Source: Nitrosopumilus sp.
GTDB lineage: Archaea > Thermoproteota > Nitrososphaeria > Nitrososphaerales > Nitrosopumilaceae
Direction: 5' to 3'
Length of the DNA stretch: 64,000 nt
Assembly: GCA_965249555.1 (NCBI GenBank)
Contig: OZ252243.1
Span: 512,001 to 576,000, forward strand
Of the stretch, positions 15,001 to 21,190 are shown piece by piece. How positions within the stretch are numbered: the first letter of the stretch is position 1; each line of letters opens with the position of its first letter. Under the pieces are notes generated by a model that was not told the origin of the DNA, searched no databases, and was given only the letters and a program-made list of their open reading frames with translations. The position numbers and the translations under genes are program-made.

Positions 15001-15017
15001 AATAATACTTTATTCAA
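1..15017 (-). CDS. Giant (>5,005 aa, 3' end outside window) secreted/surface repeat protein with fibronectin type III, bacterial Ig-like and DUF5011-like domains
   Basis: TTG at 15017 reads MNKVLFSALMGGGVVMFAISLLLASAEAQ (signal peptide). The same frame still reads WGAVDDADSYTLTRIVEGG at the window start. The track lists no long ORF in this frame, as expected if there is no in-frame stop. Recurrent Fn3 pattern ITWDAV.GA..Y.L.R...YTD..LTP.T.YTY. Confidence 0.88.
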   Translation of the reverse strand, partial: MNKVLFSALMGGGVVMFAISLLLASAEAQVSTQITYADAQTALDESIFAVILPSSGDTVNVWFSPLETGTLGFTFGDSEKNVPVVSGEDQTIAIPVGYGYDDDIVIFSNSIEVARIHVTTGPDPGVPIYVEGQTAIQEGANPLRYEVLTNRNWIKIFYTPTETGTFSFKYGDDGVATSDITSLGPEKESVIKVGQGYDDDVIAELNGVEVARIHVTIAPASPAIQADSFRVADTTDADTLRVTFVPLKEGTFTVTAGDASETAVVSAEDVTSAVKEIAITVGLGFDDDVILSFGGKDVARIHVTTGPDPNAPSYIPGQSAIEAGSLRYQLNTAGDRINIIFTPLKVGSYAFEYGDGGVSFTADVTHINESQGLFDVLIGYGYDDDVVVSFDSEEVAKIPVTTLTAPPSAPVIGTGDIFSTNIEITWNAVEGATSYAVYRDGANRGNTDDTSFIVYGLTPGIEYTFSVVARNDIGQTSAFSTPLKVTTTPAPASFNAATPTYADTQTAIEDGTISIETNGSNGDQINISFTPLQVGVYHIEYGAFNTENVSVSQTGTHKVVPPITIGYGFDQDIVIFFRDGVSDRVEVARAHVTTGPEPPTVTATRQADNSIRLEWSNIPTDYQYRILLKEGTTISDRIFDLEPTSNNFVIIPTVTTFFERINSADEIGMASITSSNVIGSITFAPVPPLTPNATVEPTITATRQADNSILLEWSNLPTVTANGYTSFTIKDGTTKFLQTIPGTDNNHTWLTTDSKFDELTNEEEIGISGRINTFIDAAETVRIFAPVPAPAPPVLVKGVVTHNSIEISWNAQGGDPEYKLYRNNALIETTRDTSYTDTTVTPGTSYTYHATSTNTVGASDSSEDLTVTTPAAPIELVAGIITPTSIGLTWDTVPGAFNYALTRSDLPGVQVIGGTSHNDVSLTPETVYIYSVVAVDSAPSTIARSANLIVATSSTASPDTPADIPPIASGSFSVIAVDDGTASAYFTPLKSGDFTIGYSTDQSINVNIADTVLGVKSTTTLPVESDYSGIVTLSFGGEVIGSVSIIIPPATPVFSAGATTDTTITLSWGAVTNADSYTLTRIVDGSANVPVPITDALTATDTGLTADTPYKYTITATNAAGTSEPSAEFPASTASHTYTLTSAPHTDGDKVVITFTSSHPGNFVIEFENGSIINFRIGDASIPNIHIETVGYDYTGNVIISISGGAEVARESVTTGPEPDDTAPEAPIITTSPATVNTQSFTIEGTAEAGTTVALLKGGTSTGDTVTADSGSFSFTVTLTEGANSFTVTASDGSNTSDASSAIFITLDTIPPEAPIITTSPATVNTQSFTIEGTAEAGTTVELFKGATSVDTVIADTGNFSFTVTLTDGENSFTTTASDGPNTSDASPALVITLDTIPPVITVNPLTVTLQAGSAQPNLLEGVRTDDDSIVTTTGDVNIDTPDDYIITYNSVDASNNAANPATRTYTVTTASAPATPALGIASNTHNTIELAWGAVANAKTYTLTRIVDGGDNVVVESGDILSATDRNLTPSTNYKYVIVATNAAGTSTPSAEFAASTTAAPTVPGTPTLVAGAVTHDSISLSWDGQTGATGYTLSRTGGTGPIEIPVVGTGISYTDDTLEPETSYTYSIRAVAAAGFSASSDDITVTTIPIPIPVTTPTYATDQFVIEDTSFEVFILSDGITAQISFEPYELDSYHVEWGGNTKDIPVTGDHALVQITLGPTFTGNVILFHNSVEVVRQHVTTIVVDPIKAGTLAFADNADGTITVSFTPVLAGTFIINANSIVPIEKIVETGQIDIPITVTIRDADPGFAEDIFILFNGDVIARESVTTVPETPTLLLGAVTPTSITLSWNSVNNAETYTLTRVVDSINDVTVASGDIFTATDENLTAETEYNYIITATTPDGKTSAPSAQFAVTISSAAQSFDVTADGDEATVSFVPIISGEFTIKYGDQSIPVTIADGDEGSVSTTIVPVGYNFNRTVALFFGSDVIDSIPINTEPAPPTIKATTITPTSIEFAWEEPTGAQEYKLYRDGTLIVTTPDVSYTDVSLEPETIYIYRVESHNDISQTSDTSANLVVSTSSTATPGTPIEIPAIQEPFAIEIRAVDVLISFVPLKSGDFIIGYGTDQSITVSITNDELGETSSTLVPVGYSYNGDITLSFDSVPVDSLSIRTPPAPPILRVGAVTPTSITIEWDAVDGAIGYLIYDDPTVLHIRLNTVTELSFYIPDLTPETSYTYYVRSVNPTGIGNGIQGSEFAEFSATTAAAPTAPATPVLSVDSTTDTTVSLSWGTVGNANSYTLTRTLAGSADGTEALSGDATTFTDENLTADTEYKYSLIATNSVGPSESSNEVTASTDETPDTTAPTLTVERLANDFIRLSWENVPSVEGTYIIYLDTGDSESTLAEVFTDSHIISLSTDLELANAADRIGVTGDTGTQGTGSSFTILYEGDTVWEDIPAKNAVASEPPVLVKGAVTDTSIVISWDIVDGATGYELFRDDVSIATTTTELSHTDDELTPGKSYTYHATATNSAGPSDASKDLTAATTIAPPVLVKGAVTDTTVIITWTAIHGAADYLLYQDNSATPIATVTGTTHTVTGLTAGTDYSFAAESRSSDSVKSSPSSALPVLTVPAAPALGTGAITDTSIVITWDVVEGATGYELFRDDVSIATTTTELSHTDTTVTPGKFYTYHATATNAAGSSEDSDDLDVATTLAAPVLMKGAVTDTSVTITWTAIHGAADYFLHLEGSRPITVIGTTHTYINLTPGTTYSFTVESYNSDRTVKSQPSAPLSVTTSPATPTLRITDTAHNTITLSWDRVGADSYTLTRIVAGGANVEVPTTDALTATDTGLTAETPYRYVITATNAAGTSGSSNEVTARTDAAPDITAPPVPTITTPSATVNSTPITIEGGSTEAGATIELFRGTTSLGTTTADGSGNFSFTGVALDEGVNSFTATASDRVNTSAASSAIVITLDTIAPAVPEITTSPATVNTQSFTIEGTAEAGTTVALFNGVTPAGTTIADGSGNFSFTGVALDEGANSFTATASDGVNTSAASSALVITLDTEKPVITVSGSSETIELTQTNTYTIPDATVEDNDPAYSGTVTVTDDAPNSSVIGVYAVLYDAPADTAGNTPDQQSITITVSDTTPPTFDVDGKTADYSTAVPFGGTYAPGAINNQSDISVIASSIVVGDDLVNVNTSGEYIVTYTVTDSNGQTTTITETVTVGPDVTAPAVPEITTSPATVNTQSFTIEGTAEAGTTVALFNGGTSAGTVIADGDGNFSFTGVALDEGANSFTATASDGVNTSAASSAIVITLDTETPPVPAITTSPATVNTQTITIEGTAEAGTTVALFNGGTSAGTVIADGDGNFSFTGVALDEGANSFTATASDRVNTSDASPALVITLDTIPPVITVNPLTVTLQAGSAQPNLLEGVRTDDDSIVTTTGDVNIDTPDDYIITYNSVDASNNAANPATRTYTVTTASAPATPALGIASNTHNTIELAWGAVANAKTYTLTRIVDGGDNVVVESGDILSATDRNLTPSTNYKYVIVATNAAGTSTPSAEFAASTTAAPVETPAIKAGSFEVTHTANADKLLVTFTALKEGTFTITSSESSDTVAVSAEDVSDSAVKESTITVGYDFDGDVTLSFDSKDVASQSARTLAIKAGTFIATAHDDGDVTVSFVPLRAGTFLIQAVGGPSTLWTINTDEVGNATENITLSTGHGFIGEIVISFGGHEYARESVSTIPGTPTLVKGDITHNSVVFSWDEQTGATGYTLSRTVNTVTTEISVSGGTISYTDDTLEPATTYTYSIKAVALAGDSAASDVVSVTTLAAPTVAPTVPEIPVLSVDSTTDTTISLSWVAVDDADSYTVTRIVAGGNVDVPITELTATDTGLTADTPYKYTIIATNSAGPSGSSNEVTARTDAATPPAPPALRSGEITSTSIVITWDAVTGATGYELFRDGNSVTTTTELSYTDETLTPASTYTYHATATNSVGTSEDSANRAVTTARAYTLPAPPVLVKEAINSTSIVIVWDAQPGAFFYKLYRDDILIRAISGLNHTNTGLDPGTSYTYHATSNNRASQASDNSEDLVAVTTIAPPELVAGAITETSIEITWTAVNGATGYELFRDDAFLETVTELYYPDTGLTPATSYTYHAVSTNDISQTGEPSANLVAVTTIAPPTLRPGAITETSIVIEWDAQTGATGYELFRDDVSLGPVTGTSYSDTAVTPGTSYTYHATSTNDIPQTSDNSADLEISTTITPPTLRPGAITETSIMIEWDAQTGATGYELFRDDVSLGPVTELSYPDAGLTPETIYIYHATSTNDISQTSEPSANLVVSTSSTATPGTPIEIPPIASGSFGVIAGVNDASVSFVPLKSGDFIIAYGTDQRTVSIANDELGETSTTIVPVGYNYDGDVSLSFDGAQVGSVSVTTGPAPPALVLGEITPTSVVISWDIVTGATEYELFRDDASLGPVTELSYTDNIVTPGTSYTYHATATNAAGTSVPSEDLDAVTTIVPSVLSAGEITDTSVIITWTAPTGATEYSLFNGNTLVIRTSALTHTVDNLTAETNYTFTITSHSDTYTGVPSAGLDVTTAGAPATPALVLGEVTETSITLSWDAVDNANSYTLIRIVDGISDVTLASGIILTATDTGKVLGVTHGDIIVASGDILTATDTGLIANTDYNYIITATNSAGPSAPSAKFAASTTVASTDTIPAAPTLRAGKIITESSIEIEWSAVDGALVYSLYRDGEFIANTADTSYTDTGLDPYTSYAYHAMLSNIAFQQSGKSGVLILTTSPIQTGSFSVTVDGDEATVSFTPLTYGDFTIGYGGTTDTVPIASGDAGSESSTTVPVGYDYDGTVTLSFDGDELGSIPIRTEPAPPTLRAGTITYTTIEILWDAVDGAREYTVYRDDAYQGSRTTPSYLDSTIAPGTYTYRIESHNDVSQTSDSSTLTLSTATVPITPALVKGAVTHDTIALSWGAVDDADSYTLTRIVEGGTNVPV
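4302..4844. repeat. ~543-bp intragenic duplication, copy 1
   Basis: Reads identical by eye to 10332-10874 (offset 6030 nt, in frame). Confidence 0.9.
10332..10874. repeat. ~543-bp intragenic duplication, copy 2
   Basis: Reads identical by eye to 4302-4844. Confidence 0.9.
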
Positions 15018-15040
15018 TATTGTAACAGAATTATTTGTGA

Positions 15041-15050
15041 TTTATAAAAG
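15041..15050 (-). promoter_or_regulatory. Archaeal TATA box of the giant gene
   Basis: CTTTTATAAA on the minus strand about 24-33 nt upstream of the TTG, fitting a leaderless transcript. Confidence 0.55.
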
Positions 15051-15158
15051 CTTTGAAAGTTGTATTGTGATATGGAGGTATGAATCTATGAGTTTTATGC
15101 ATGAACTTTTCTGCATACAGATCACCAAAACTATACAATTTGTGCCTGTTCAGAATCT

Positions 15159-15480
15159 TTACTTTGAGGCATTCTGAATTAGGATTGGGTATTCTGCCCC
15201 TAACACATACTTTGACAGATCAAACAAATTACAATCCCTGTTGTATCTCCATTCTATGATGTATGGTAAAAATTTGCCCGGATTCACTCCATGATGCTTT
15301 GCCGTGCCCTCTTTGGCAAAACTCCAAAAGCCCTCAATACAATTAATGTAAACACCTTTGCCAAACATCCTGCAGTTGATCTATTGAGGGATGTTTGTAT
15401 CCATTGAACACAAGCGAGCCATATCCCTTCCACTTGTGTACACAATGCTTCCTTTTTTCACTTTTCTAAGTGTACTTTTC
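15159..15480 (-). pseudogene. IS1595-family transposase relic
   Basis: Frameshifted fragments RKVKKGSIVYT, GYKH and INCIEGFWSFAK. Confidence 0.7.
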
Positions 15481-15581
15481 AGAAGTAAGAATTGATTCGT
15501 GTAAAAAATGCAATTCATCTAACATCAAGCAGGTATAAGAAAAAACAAGAGGGATAATATCCAGTTGTTCAAGTGCAAGGA

Positions 15582-15976
15582 CTCCCATACGAAATCGTCT
15601 CCAACCCTACTGAGGACACTTACTAGCGTGCTTTGCTGAATCAGGACATCTCAGATATGCTTTGCATCTTCTTATACTTTCGTTGTGTCAGTTCATGATT
15701 TTGTGTACGATACTCTTCAGAATTTGTTAGCATGTACCAGATTATTGCAAGCATCTGTCTTGCAGCTGCCACCTTTGCCTTTTGTTTTCCTCTTCTCTTT
15801 GCAATTCTGAAATAGAATGATCCCATTCTTTCATCAAATCGTACTGTAGTATTTGCAGCCTCTACCATTGCGTTACGTAACCATGCAGAACCCCTCTTTG
15901 TTATTCCGCCTCCTCGGTGCACATCTGCACTATCCCTGTGCGACGGTGCAAGTCCTGCATATGAGACTAGTTTTTC
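15582..15976 (-). mobile_element. IS110-family element type A, 3' fragment cut by IS66
   Basis: EKLVSYAGLAPSHRDS...ITKRGSAWLRNAM. Right end ...GACGATTTCGTATGGGAG is shared with the copies ending at 26763 and 29643. Confidence 0.85.
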
Positions 15977-17439
15977 GTATGTATCAACCTTCACGCACAA
16001 ATCAATATCATTACACAAAAAGATCTAAGATCAACTAAATCATCACACAACACATGCCAGATTGTGATCATGAGAAAATCATCATACAATTACAAGAAGG
16101 GATGAAACAACAGCAAGAAGAGATAAAACAACTACAAGAAGAGTCAAAACAACAAAAACTAATCATAGAGAATCTCATAGAATCAAACAAGGAACTGCAA
16201 AAAAAGCTGTCATATTATGAGAATGCGCACTCTCCGCCATCAAAGAATTCCCTTGAATGGAGAAAGCAAAAAAGACAACACAGACAGTCAGGTGAACTAA
16301 GACGTGGTGGAATAGCAGGACACGTTGGCAAGACACAGAAATTCAGACCAACTAGCACCAAACACCACAGATCAGATGCATGTCCTAAATGCGGTAGTGA
16401 AAATATTCATCAAACCAAAACCTGCAAAAGGATAATGGTTGAGATTCCTCCACCAACACCCTACGGTATAACTGAGCATGTTTTGAATCAATACATCTGC
16501 ATGGACTGTTCTGATAATTTTCAAACCACGGGAAACCTTCCACCACATGGATGTTTTGATGGTTCAGTGATACGTGAGGTCGTCTCACTGTTCTCAAAGA
16601 GAATGCCATACGATACCATCAGAACCACACTCTATGAAAGATATGGATTAGAAATCAGCAATACAACCGTACAATCCATTCTTCGCAACGGTAGTGTGAT
16701 GTTAGAGTCATTTTACAATACAATCCACAGCGAAATCGTGACTGAAAAGATTCTCGGAATCGATGAGACAGGATTTTCAATTGATGGAAATACTGGATGG
16801 ATGTGGGTTGCAAGAAGCAAGACTAGTGCACAGTATGCCTTGGAGTACAGCAGAGGTGCCAATGTTCTAAAAAAGTACTGGAAGAAATTCAAAGGAACCC
16901 TAGTGTCTGACGGATATGCTCCGTACAGGACAGTATTTTGTGATAACACAAAGCAGAGATGCACCGCACACCTGCAGCGCGATGCCAAATATCTGGCAAT
17001 AAAATCAAAAGACAAAAAGGCCAGGATTCTATATGAGAAACTCTCAGGGATGCTAGGTCATGCCAGGGTTTGGAGTGTAGGTAATCGTCATACAAAACGG
17101 CGGGAAACGTACAGGGATGATTTACTAAAACAGCTGGACCGTATCATTGCACGATATTTGAAAGGTGATACGGAGATGGTTCAGTTTGGCAAGAAGCTAA
17201 AGACTGCAAGGAACAGCATGTTTACGTTTGTCATGGATGGCGATGTCCCGTCAACTAACAATGATGCAGAGAATTCCATTCGAAAGTGCGTGATGCAGAG
17301 GAATGTTCGCGGGCAGATGAAGAGTGATCAGGGCATGAGGATGATCTCAGTCTTTCTCACATGCTTTGAGACATGGAGAATAAGGGAATTGAACATGTTT
17401 TCTGAGATGGCAAAATACATCTAAGTGCTTGATTCATAC
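15977..17439 (+). mobile_element. IS66-family element (single ORF), copy 1
   Basis: Ends GTATGTATCAAC and TTGATTCATAC. Near-identical to 43811-45231 plus 42 bp. No target duplication. Confidence 0.92.
16054..17424 (+). CDS. IS66-family transposase
   Basis: Coiled coil, HSPPS, CxxC zinc ribbon, IDETG, VSDGY, QRCTAHLQR, STNNDAENSIR. Confidence 0.92.
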   Translation: MPDCDHEKIIIQLQEGMKQQQEEIKQLQEESKQQKLIIENLIESNKELQKKLSYYENAHSPPSKNSLEWRKQKRQHRQSGELRRGGIAGHVGKTQKFRPTSTKHHRSDACPKCGSENIHQTKTCKRIMVEIPPPTPYGITEHVLNQYICMDCSDNFQTTGNLPPHGCFDGSVIREVVSLFSKRMPYDTIRTTLYERYGLEISNTTVQSILRNGSVMLESFYNTIHSEIVTEKILGIDETGFSIDGNTGWMWVARSKTSAQYALEYSRGANVLKKYWKKFKGTLVSDGYAPYRTVFCDNTKQRCTAHLQRDAKYLAIKSKDKKARILYEKLSGMLGHARVWSVGNRHTKRRETYRDDLLKQLDRIIARYLKGDTEMVQFGKKLKTARNSMFTFVMDGDVPSTNNDAENSIRKCVMQRNVRGQMKSDQGMRMISVFLTCFETWRIRELNMFSEMAKYI

Positions 17440-17600
17440 GCGGATAGGTCCTAATAAAGGGATGAAGATAGCATTGAGGAAGAAGCCTCGTATGGATACA
17501 TGTCCGTCATCTTTTGATTGAAAGTATTCCCTAGCGAAGGCTATGCCTTGGGATGCAAAAAAGTAGGAAATGTTTAAAAACAATTCACATGGATACATAC
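17440..17600 (+). repeat. Solo 3' non-coding end of IS110-family type B (IS1111-like)
   Basis: Matches the reverse complement of 21292-21452 and the copy at 24552-24656; ends TTCACATGGATACATAC. Confidence 0.85.
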
Positions 17601-17641
17601 TAAATATATGATTTAAAGTATACGTACACAAAATATCCACA

Positions 17642-17896
17642 CTAAGACTTGTGGGAAAAACACCGACTACAAAAATTTACTGGTTTTTTATCTGGAGTAG
17701 TTATTATCTCAAACACTCCATCAGCAAAATATTTGGCTTCATATTCTTCAACAAAATAACCCCAGCCACCTTGTTCTTTTTCGTGATAACCATCTTTTTT
17801 GTATAGCTCATGCTCAGCTGGTATCTTATGTATCGTAACATGAGGATTCATAATATTGTAATATACCGCATACTTTACACGTAAATGTCGTTCCAA
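17642..17896 (-). CDS. Hypothetical protein (84 aa, C-terminal CxxC)
   Basis: ORF track; natural composition; ends FCSRCF. Confidence 0.55.
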   Translation of the reverse strand: MERHLRVKYAVYYNIMNPHVTIHKIPAEHELYKKDGYHEKEQGGWGYFVEEYEAKYFADGVFEIITTPDKKPVNFCSRCFSHKS

Positions 17897-17917
17897 TATA
17901 GGATCTAACTCTTTCTA

Positions 17918-18085
17918 CTAATTAATATTAGTGTCTGAATTTATTTTTTCCTTGTATTTTATATATTCCTCAAGTATATCATGGCAATCTCTACAGATCA
18001 TCACTTTTTTATCTAGGTCTTTATCGTGATGCTCTGTAAGGTTTTTGAGTTTTTTACAACATGGACATGAACCAATCCCACCCAT
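17918..18085 (-). CDS. 55-aa Zn-finger/HNH-like microprotein
   Basis: Hand-translated: MGGIGSCPCCKKLKNLTEHHDKDLDKKVMICRDCHDILEEYIKYKEKINSDTNIN. Confidence 0.6.
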   Translation of the reverse strand: MGGIGSCPCCKKLKNLTEHHDKDLDKKVMICRDCHDILEEYIKYKEKINSDTNIN

Positions 18086-18141
18086 AAATTTAATGAAATT
18101 CTACGACTATTATAAATTGATCAATCAAGGTAGGATTTTCA

Positions 18142-19926
18142 TTGAAAGCAACAGAGACTGCACTACTAACATTTTTACAAGTGCCTAAACAACTTATCAT
18201 TCCAATATATCAAAGAACATACAGTTGGACTGAAAAACAATGTGAACAGTTATGGCAGGATATTATTAGAGTAGCAAAAGATGATAAAATTCCCAGTCAT
18301 TTTATTGGGTCCATAGTTTACATTGAAAAGGGATTATTTCACATAACAAATATACCTCAAATTCTTGTAATTGATGGACAACAAAGACTAACTACAATAT
18401 CATTACTTCTTGCAGCATTAAGAAAAACATTAGATAATCAAAATACAGAAATTACAAAAAAGAGAATTAATGACTATTATCTATTTAATAATGTAGAAGA
18501 AGGAGAAATTAGATACAAGCTAATTTTAACACAAAGTGATAAAATCACTCTACTTGACATACTTGAAGAAAAATCACTCCGAGAAAATTATTCTAAAAAC
18601 ATCAAAGATAATTTTGATTTTTTTGAAAAAAAAATTTCAAAAAACAGTATAGATCTGAAATTGTTATACAGAGGTATTCAAAAGCTTGTAATTGTGGATA
18701 TTGCACTTGATAGAAATCATGATGATCCGCAATTAATTTTTGAGAGTCTAAACTCTACAGGATTAAAGTTATCACAAGCTGATTTGATACGAAACTATAT
18801 TCTAAATAAATTAGAACGAGAAAAACAAGAGAATATTTACAATGATCATTGGTATCCAATGGAAGAAAGTTTTGGTCATTCAGAAGGCTCAAAAGATTTT
18901 GATAGATTCATGAGAGATTATCTAACTATAAAAACAGGACAAATACCAAATATGCGTAATGTGTATTCTAGCTTCAAAGAATATGTGTTAAAATCTAAAG
19001 AATTAATTGAAGATTTAGTATCTGATATTCATTATTTCTCAAAGTTTTTTGTCAAACTAGCTTTTGAAAAAGAGCGTGATAAAAATTTGAGAGAAATCAT
19101 TTGTAATATTAATGCACTAAAAGTTGATGTGTCTTATCCATTCTTGTTAGAAGTTTTAGTTGATTATGCTAGATTGATAATTTCTAAAGAGGATGTTCTT
19201 GAGATATTTTTAATGGTTGAAAGTTATGTTTTTAGACGTGCAATTTGTGATATTCCTACTAATTCACTAAACAAAACATTTTCCAATTTGGCTAGTGAAA
19301 TAGACAAGGATTCATATGTTCAAAGTCTTAAAGCTTCTTTTAATCTAAAAGACTCATATCGTAGATTTCCAACTGATTCAGAATTTAAAAGACAATTTGT
19401 TATTAAAAATGTGTATAATTTTCAGAATAAAAAATATCTTTTTGATAAACTAGAAAATTACAACCATAAAGAGTATTGTAATGTTGATGAATACACAATA
19501 GAACATATTATGCCTCAAACTATTACTGAAGAATGGAAGATTGAATTGGGATCAGATTGGAATAGAGTACATGATAAGTTTCTTCATACTGTTGGGAATC
19601 TTACTTTAACTGGTGACAACCTCAAACTAAGTAATAAATCATTTTCAGAGAAAAAAAAGATGAATGGGGGATTTGCACAAAGTCCAATTTTTATTAACTC
19701 AAGTCTTGTGAATATTGAATCTTGGAATGAGAATGAAATCAAAAAACGAGCAAATGATTTAGCTAAGAAAGCAACAAGTATATGGAAATTTCCGCAATTA
19801 GAATCAGATATTTTAAAAAAATACCATAAAGAAGAAGAGTATGATGTTACTAAATCTGTGAATAATATAAGACATGATGCAGCAGTCAAAGCTCATGAGA
19901 CCAGAAGAAAAAACAAATTAAATTAG
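18142..19926 (+). CDS. GmrSD-type (DUF262 + DUF1524/HNH) modification-dependent restriction endonuclease
   Basis: IPIYQRTYSW, VIDGQQRLTT, IFESLNSTG (DUF262); TIEHIMPQ...VGNLTL (DUF1524). Confidence 0.9.
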   Translation: MKATETALLTFLQVPKQLIIPIYQRTYSWTEKQCEQLWQDIIRVAKDDKIPSHFIGSIVYIEKGLFHITNIPQILVIDGQQRLTTISLLLAALRKTLDNQNTEITKKRINDYYLFNNVEEGEIRYKLILTQSDKITLLDILEEKSLRENYSKNIKDNFDFFEKKISKNSIDLKLLYRGIQKLVIVDIALDRNHDDPQLIFESLNSTGLKLSQADLIRNYILNKLEREKQENIYNDHWYPMEESFGHSEGSKDFDRFMRDYLTIKTGQIPNMRNVYSSFKEYVLKSKELIEDLVSDIHYFSKFFVKLAFEKERDKNLREIICNINALKVDVSYPFLLEVLVDYARLIISKEDVLEIFLMVESYVFRRAICDIPTNSLNKTFSNLASEIDKDSYVQSLKASFNLKDSYRRFPTDSEFKRQFVIKNVYNFQNKKYLFDKLENYNHKEYCNVDEYTIEHIMPQTITEEWKIELGSDWNRVHDKFLHTVGNLTLTGDNLKLSNKSFSEKKKMNGGFAQSPIFINSSLVNIESWNENEIKKRANDLAKKATSIWKFPQLESDILKKYHKEEEYDVTKSVNNIRHDAAVKAHETRRKNKLN

Positions 19927-20294
19927 TAAACAAAACATTTGCTAAAATCAACTAGTTATTGTGATTACTGGGTTCTGATGATAAATAATATGGGACTTTA
20001 TTTTCAATTAAAACACTTTGAGCCCATACAGACTCGTTTGGGAATCCTAGGATATAGATCCAAATAACAGTTTAATAGTGATAATTAGGTATGATTTATT
20101 GAAGATGAGCCTAGTTCATTTAAATTTTTTTAACAAAATTGGCAAAAATATAAATTTCCCTATCTTAAGATCATCGATCCAAAGTGAAAATAAATTGCAG
20201 GGAATTACACTAAAATCAGATTTTAAAAAATACACAAACCACAGATTAATAAAAGTATGAAATTAATGATAGGAGTAAATATTATTAAATTATT

Positions 20295-20567
20295 ATGACG
20301 TTACAATCTGCCAAAGTTATATTGACTGGTTATGATAAACCAAAAATTAAAGAGTCTGTCAAAATGATAATAGATTATTCAAAAAAAAATAATTTACAAG
20401 TTATGAACAGTGATTCCAAAATTGAATCTAAAGCTAAATTATGGGGTTGTGAAAAAAATAATATTGAGCAAGAAATTATTTTCCTAAGTGGAACTATGGA
20501 TAATTTACAAAAAATTCTGTATGTTAAAACTAAAAATGGTATTTATCTCCAGTTATTACTCCAGTGA
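20295..20567 (+). CDS. Divergent ribosomal protein uS10-like protein lacking the GPIPLP motif and most of the long loop
   Basis: First 36 aa align without gaps to the uS10 N-terminal pattern; C-terminus NGIYLQLLL resembles uS10 xGVxIEIxL. Stop overlaps the next gene (GTGA). Confidence 0.6.
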   Translation: MTLQSAKVILTGYDKPKIKESVKMIIDYSKKNNLQVMNSDSKIESKAKLWGCEKNNIEQEIIFLSGTMDNLQKILYVKTKNGIYLQLLLQ

Positions 20568-21190
20568 GCAAATTTATTTTTATAGATATGACAAGTAATG
20601 ATCTAAATTCTTTTGACAAAAATTATTCTAAGGAAACAAATAATGCTAGGAAATTTGTCAAAAATTTAAGTCGTACTAGTGGTATTTATGCAGTGGCACA
20701 TTTTGATTTAACTGGATCAACTAAAAAAATGATCAAAAATCAAGAGAATACTATCACAGAAATGTTAACACATAATAAAATTTGTAGAAATTTAATTGAA
20801 AAAAATGGAGGAATAGTGATTAAAGAACTTGGTGATGCAATACTAGCTACATATTCAAATGCACCACAAGCTTGTCAATGTGCATTAAATGTAATTTATA
20901 ATTTTCAAAAATATGGAAAAGGTATTATCACCAAAGTAACTATAACTGCTGGCACGCTTGAAAAAATTAAGACTTCGAAAGAATTTGATATTTATGGTGT
21001 ACCTGTAAATCTTTGTAATAGAATGTCAAAATATGCATTTAAAAATTCCATTATTATTGAAGAAAAAAGATATGATGATATAAAATCATGGTTGCCTAGG
21101 GATGAAAGACTTGTATTTAGAAATCCAAAAATTGAATCATTGGATGATTTTGGATCGATTGCTATTCGTAGGATTACTCTAAAAAAATAA
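20564..21190 (+). CDS. Stand-alone class III nucleotide (probably adenylate) cyclase
   Basis: FDLTGST, IKELGDAI, FDIYGVPVNLCNRM: both metal Asp, adenine-specifying Lys/Asp and transition-state Asn/Arg are present. Confidence 0.88.
   Translation: MSKFIFIDMTSNDLNSFDKNYSKETNNARKFVKNLSRTSGIYAVAHFDLTGSTKKMIKNQENTITEMLTHNKICRNLIEKNGGIVIKELGDAILATYSNAPQACQCALNVIYNFQKYGKGIITKVTITAGTLEKIKTSKEFDIYGVPVNLCNRMSKYAFKNSIIIEEKRYDDIKSWLPRDERLVFRNPKIESLDDFGSIAIRRITLKK

Noticed and set aside
1-15017. Diversity-generating retroelement or CRISPR explanation for the repeats
   Set aside because: Repeats are in-frame protein modules; there is no reverse transcriptase, adenine-specific variation or repeat-spacer periodicity.
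152-15177. Dozens of short Val/Ser/Thr-rich ORFs in the track
   Set aside because: They are antisense or off-frame shadows of the giant minus-strand gene.
20564-21190. Calling the cyclase a canonical Pycsar PycC
   Set aside because: Specificity residues (Lys/Asp) look adenine-type and no intact recognisable effector follows; only the architecture is reminiscent.
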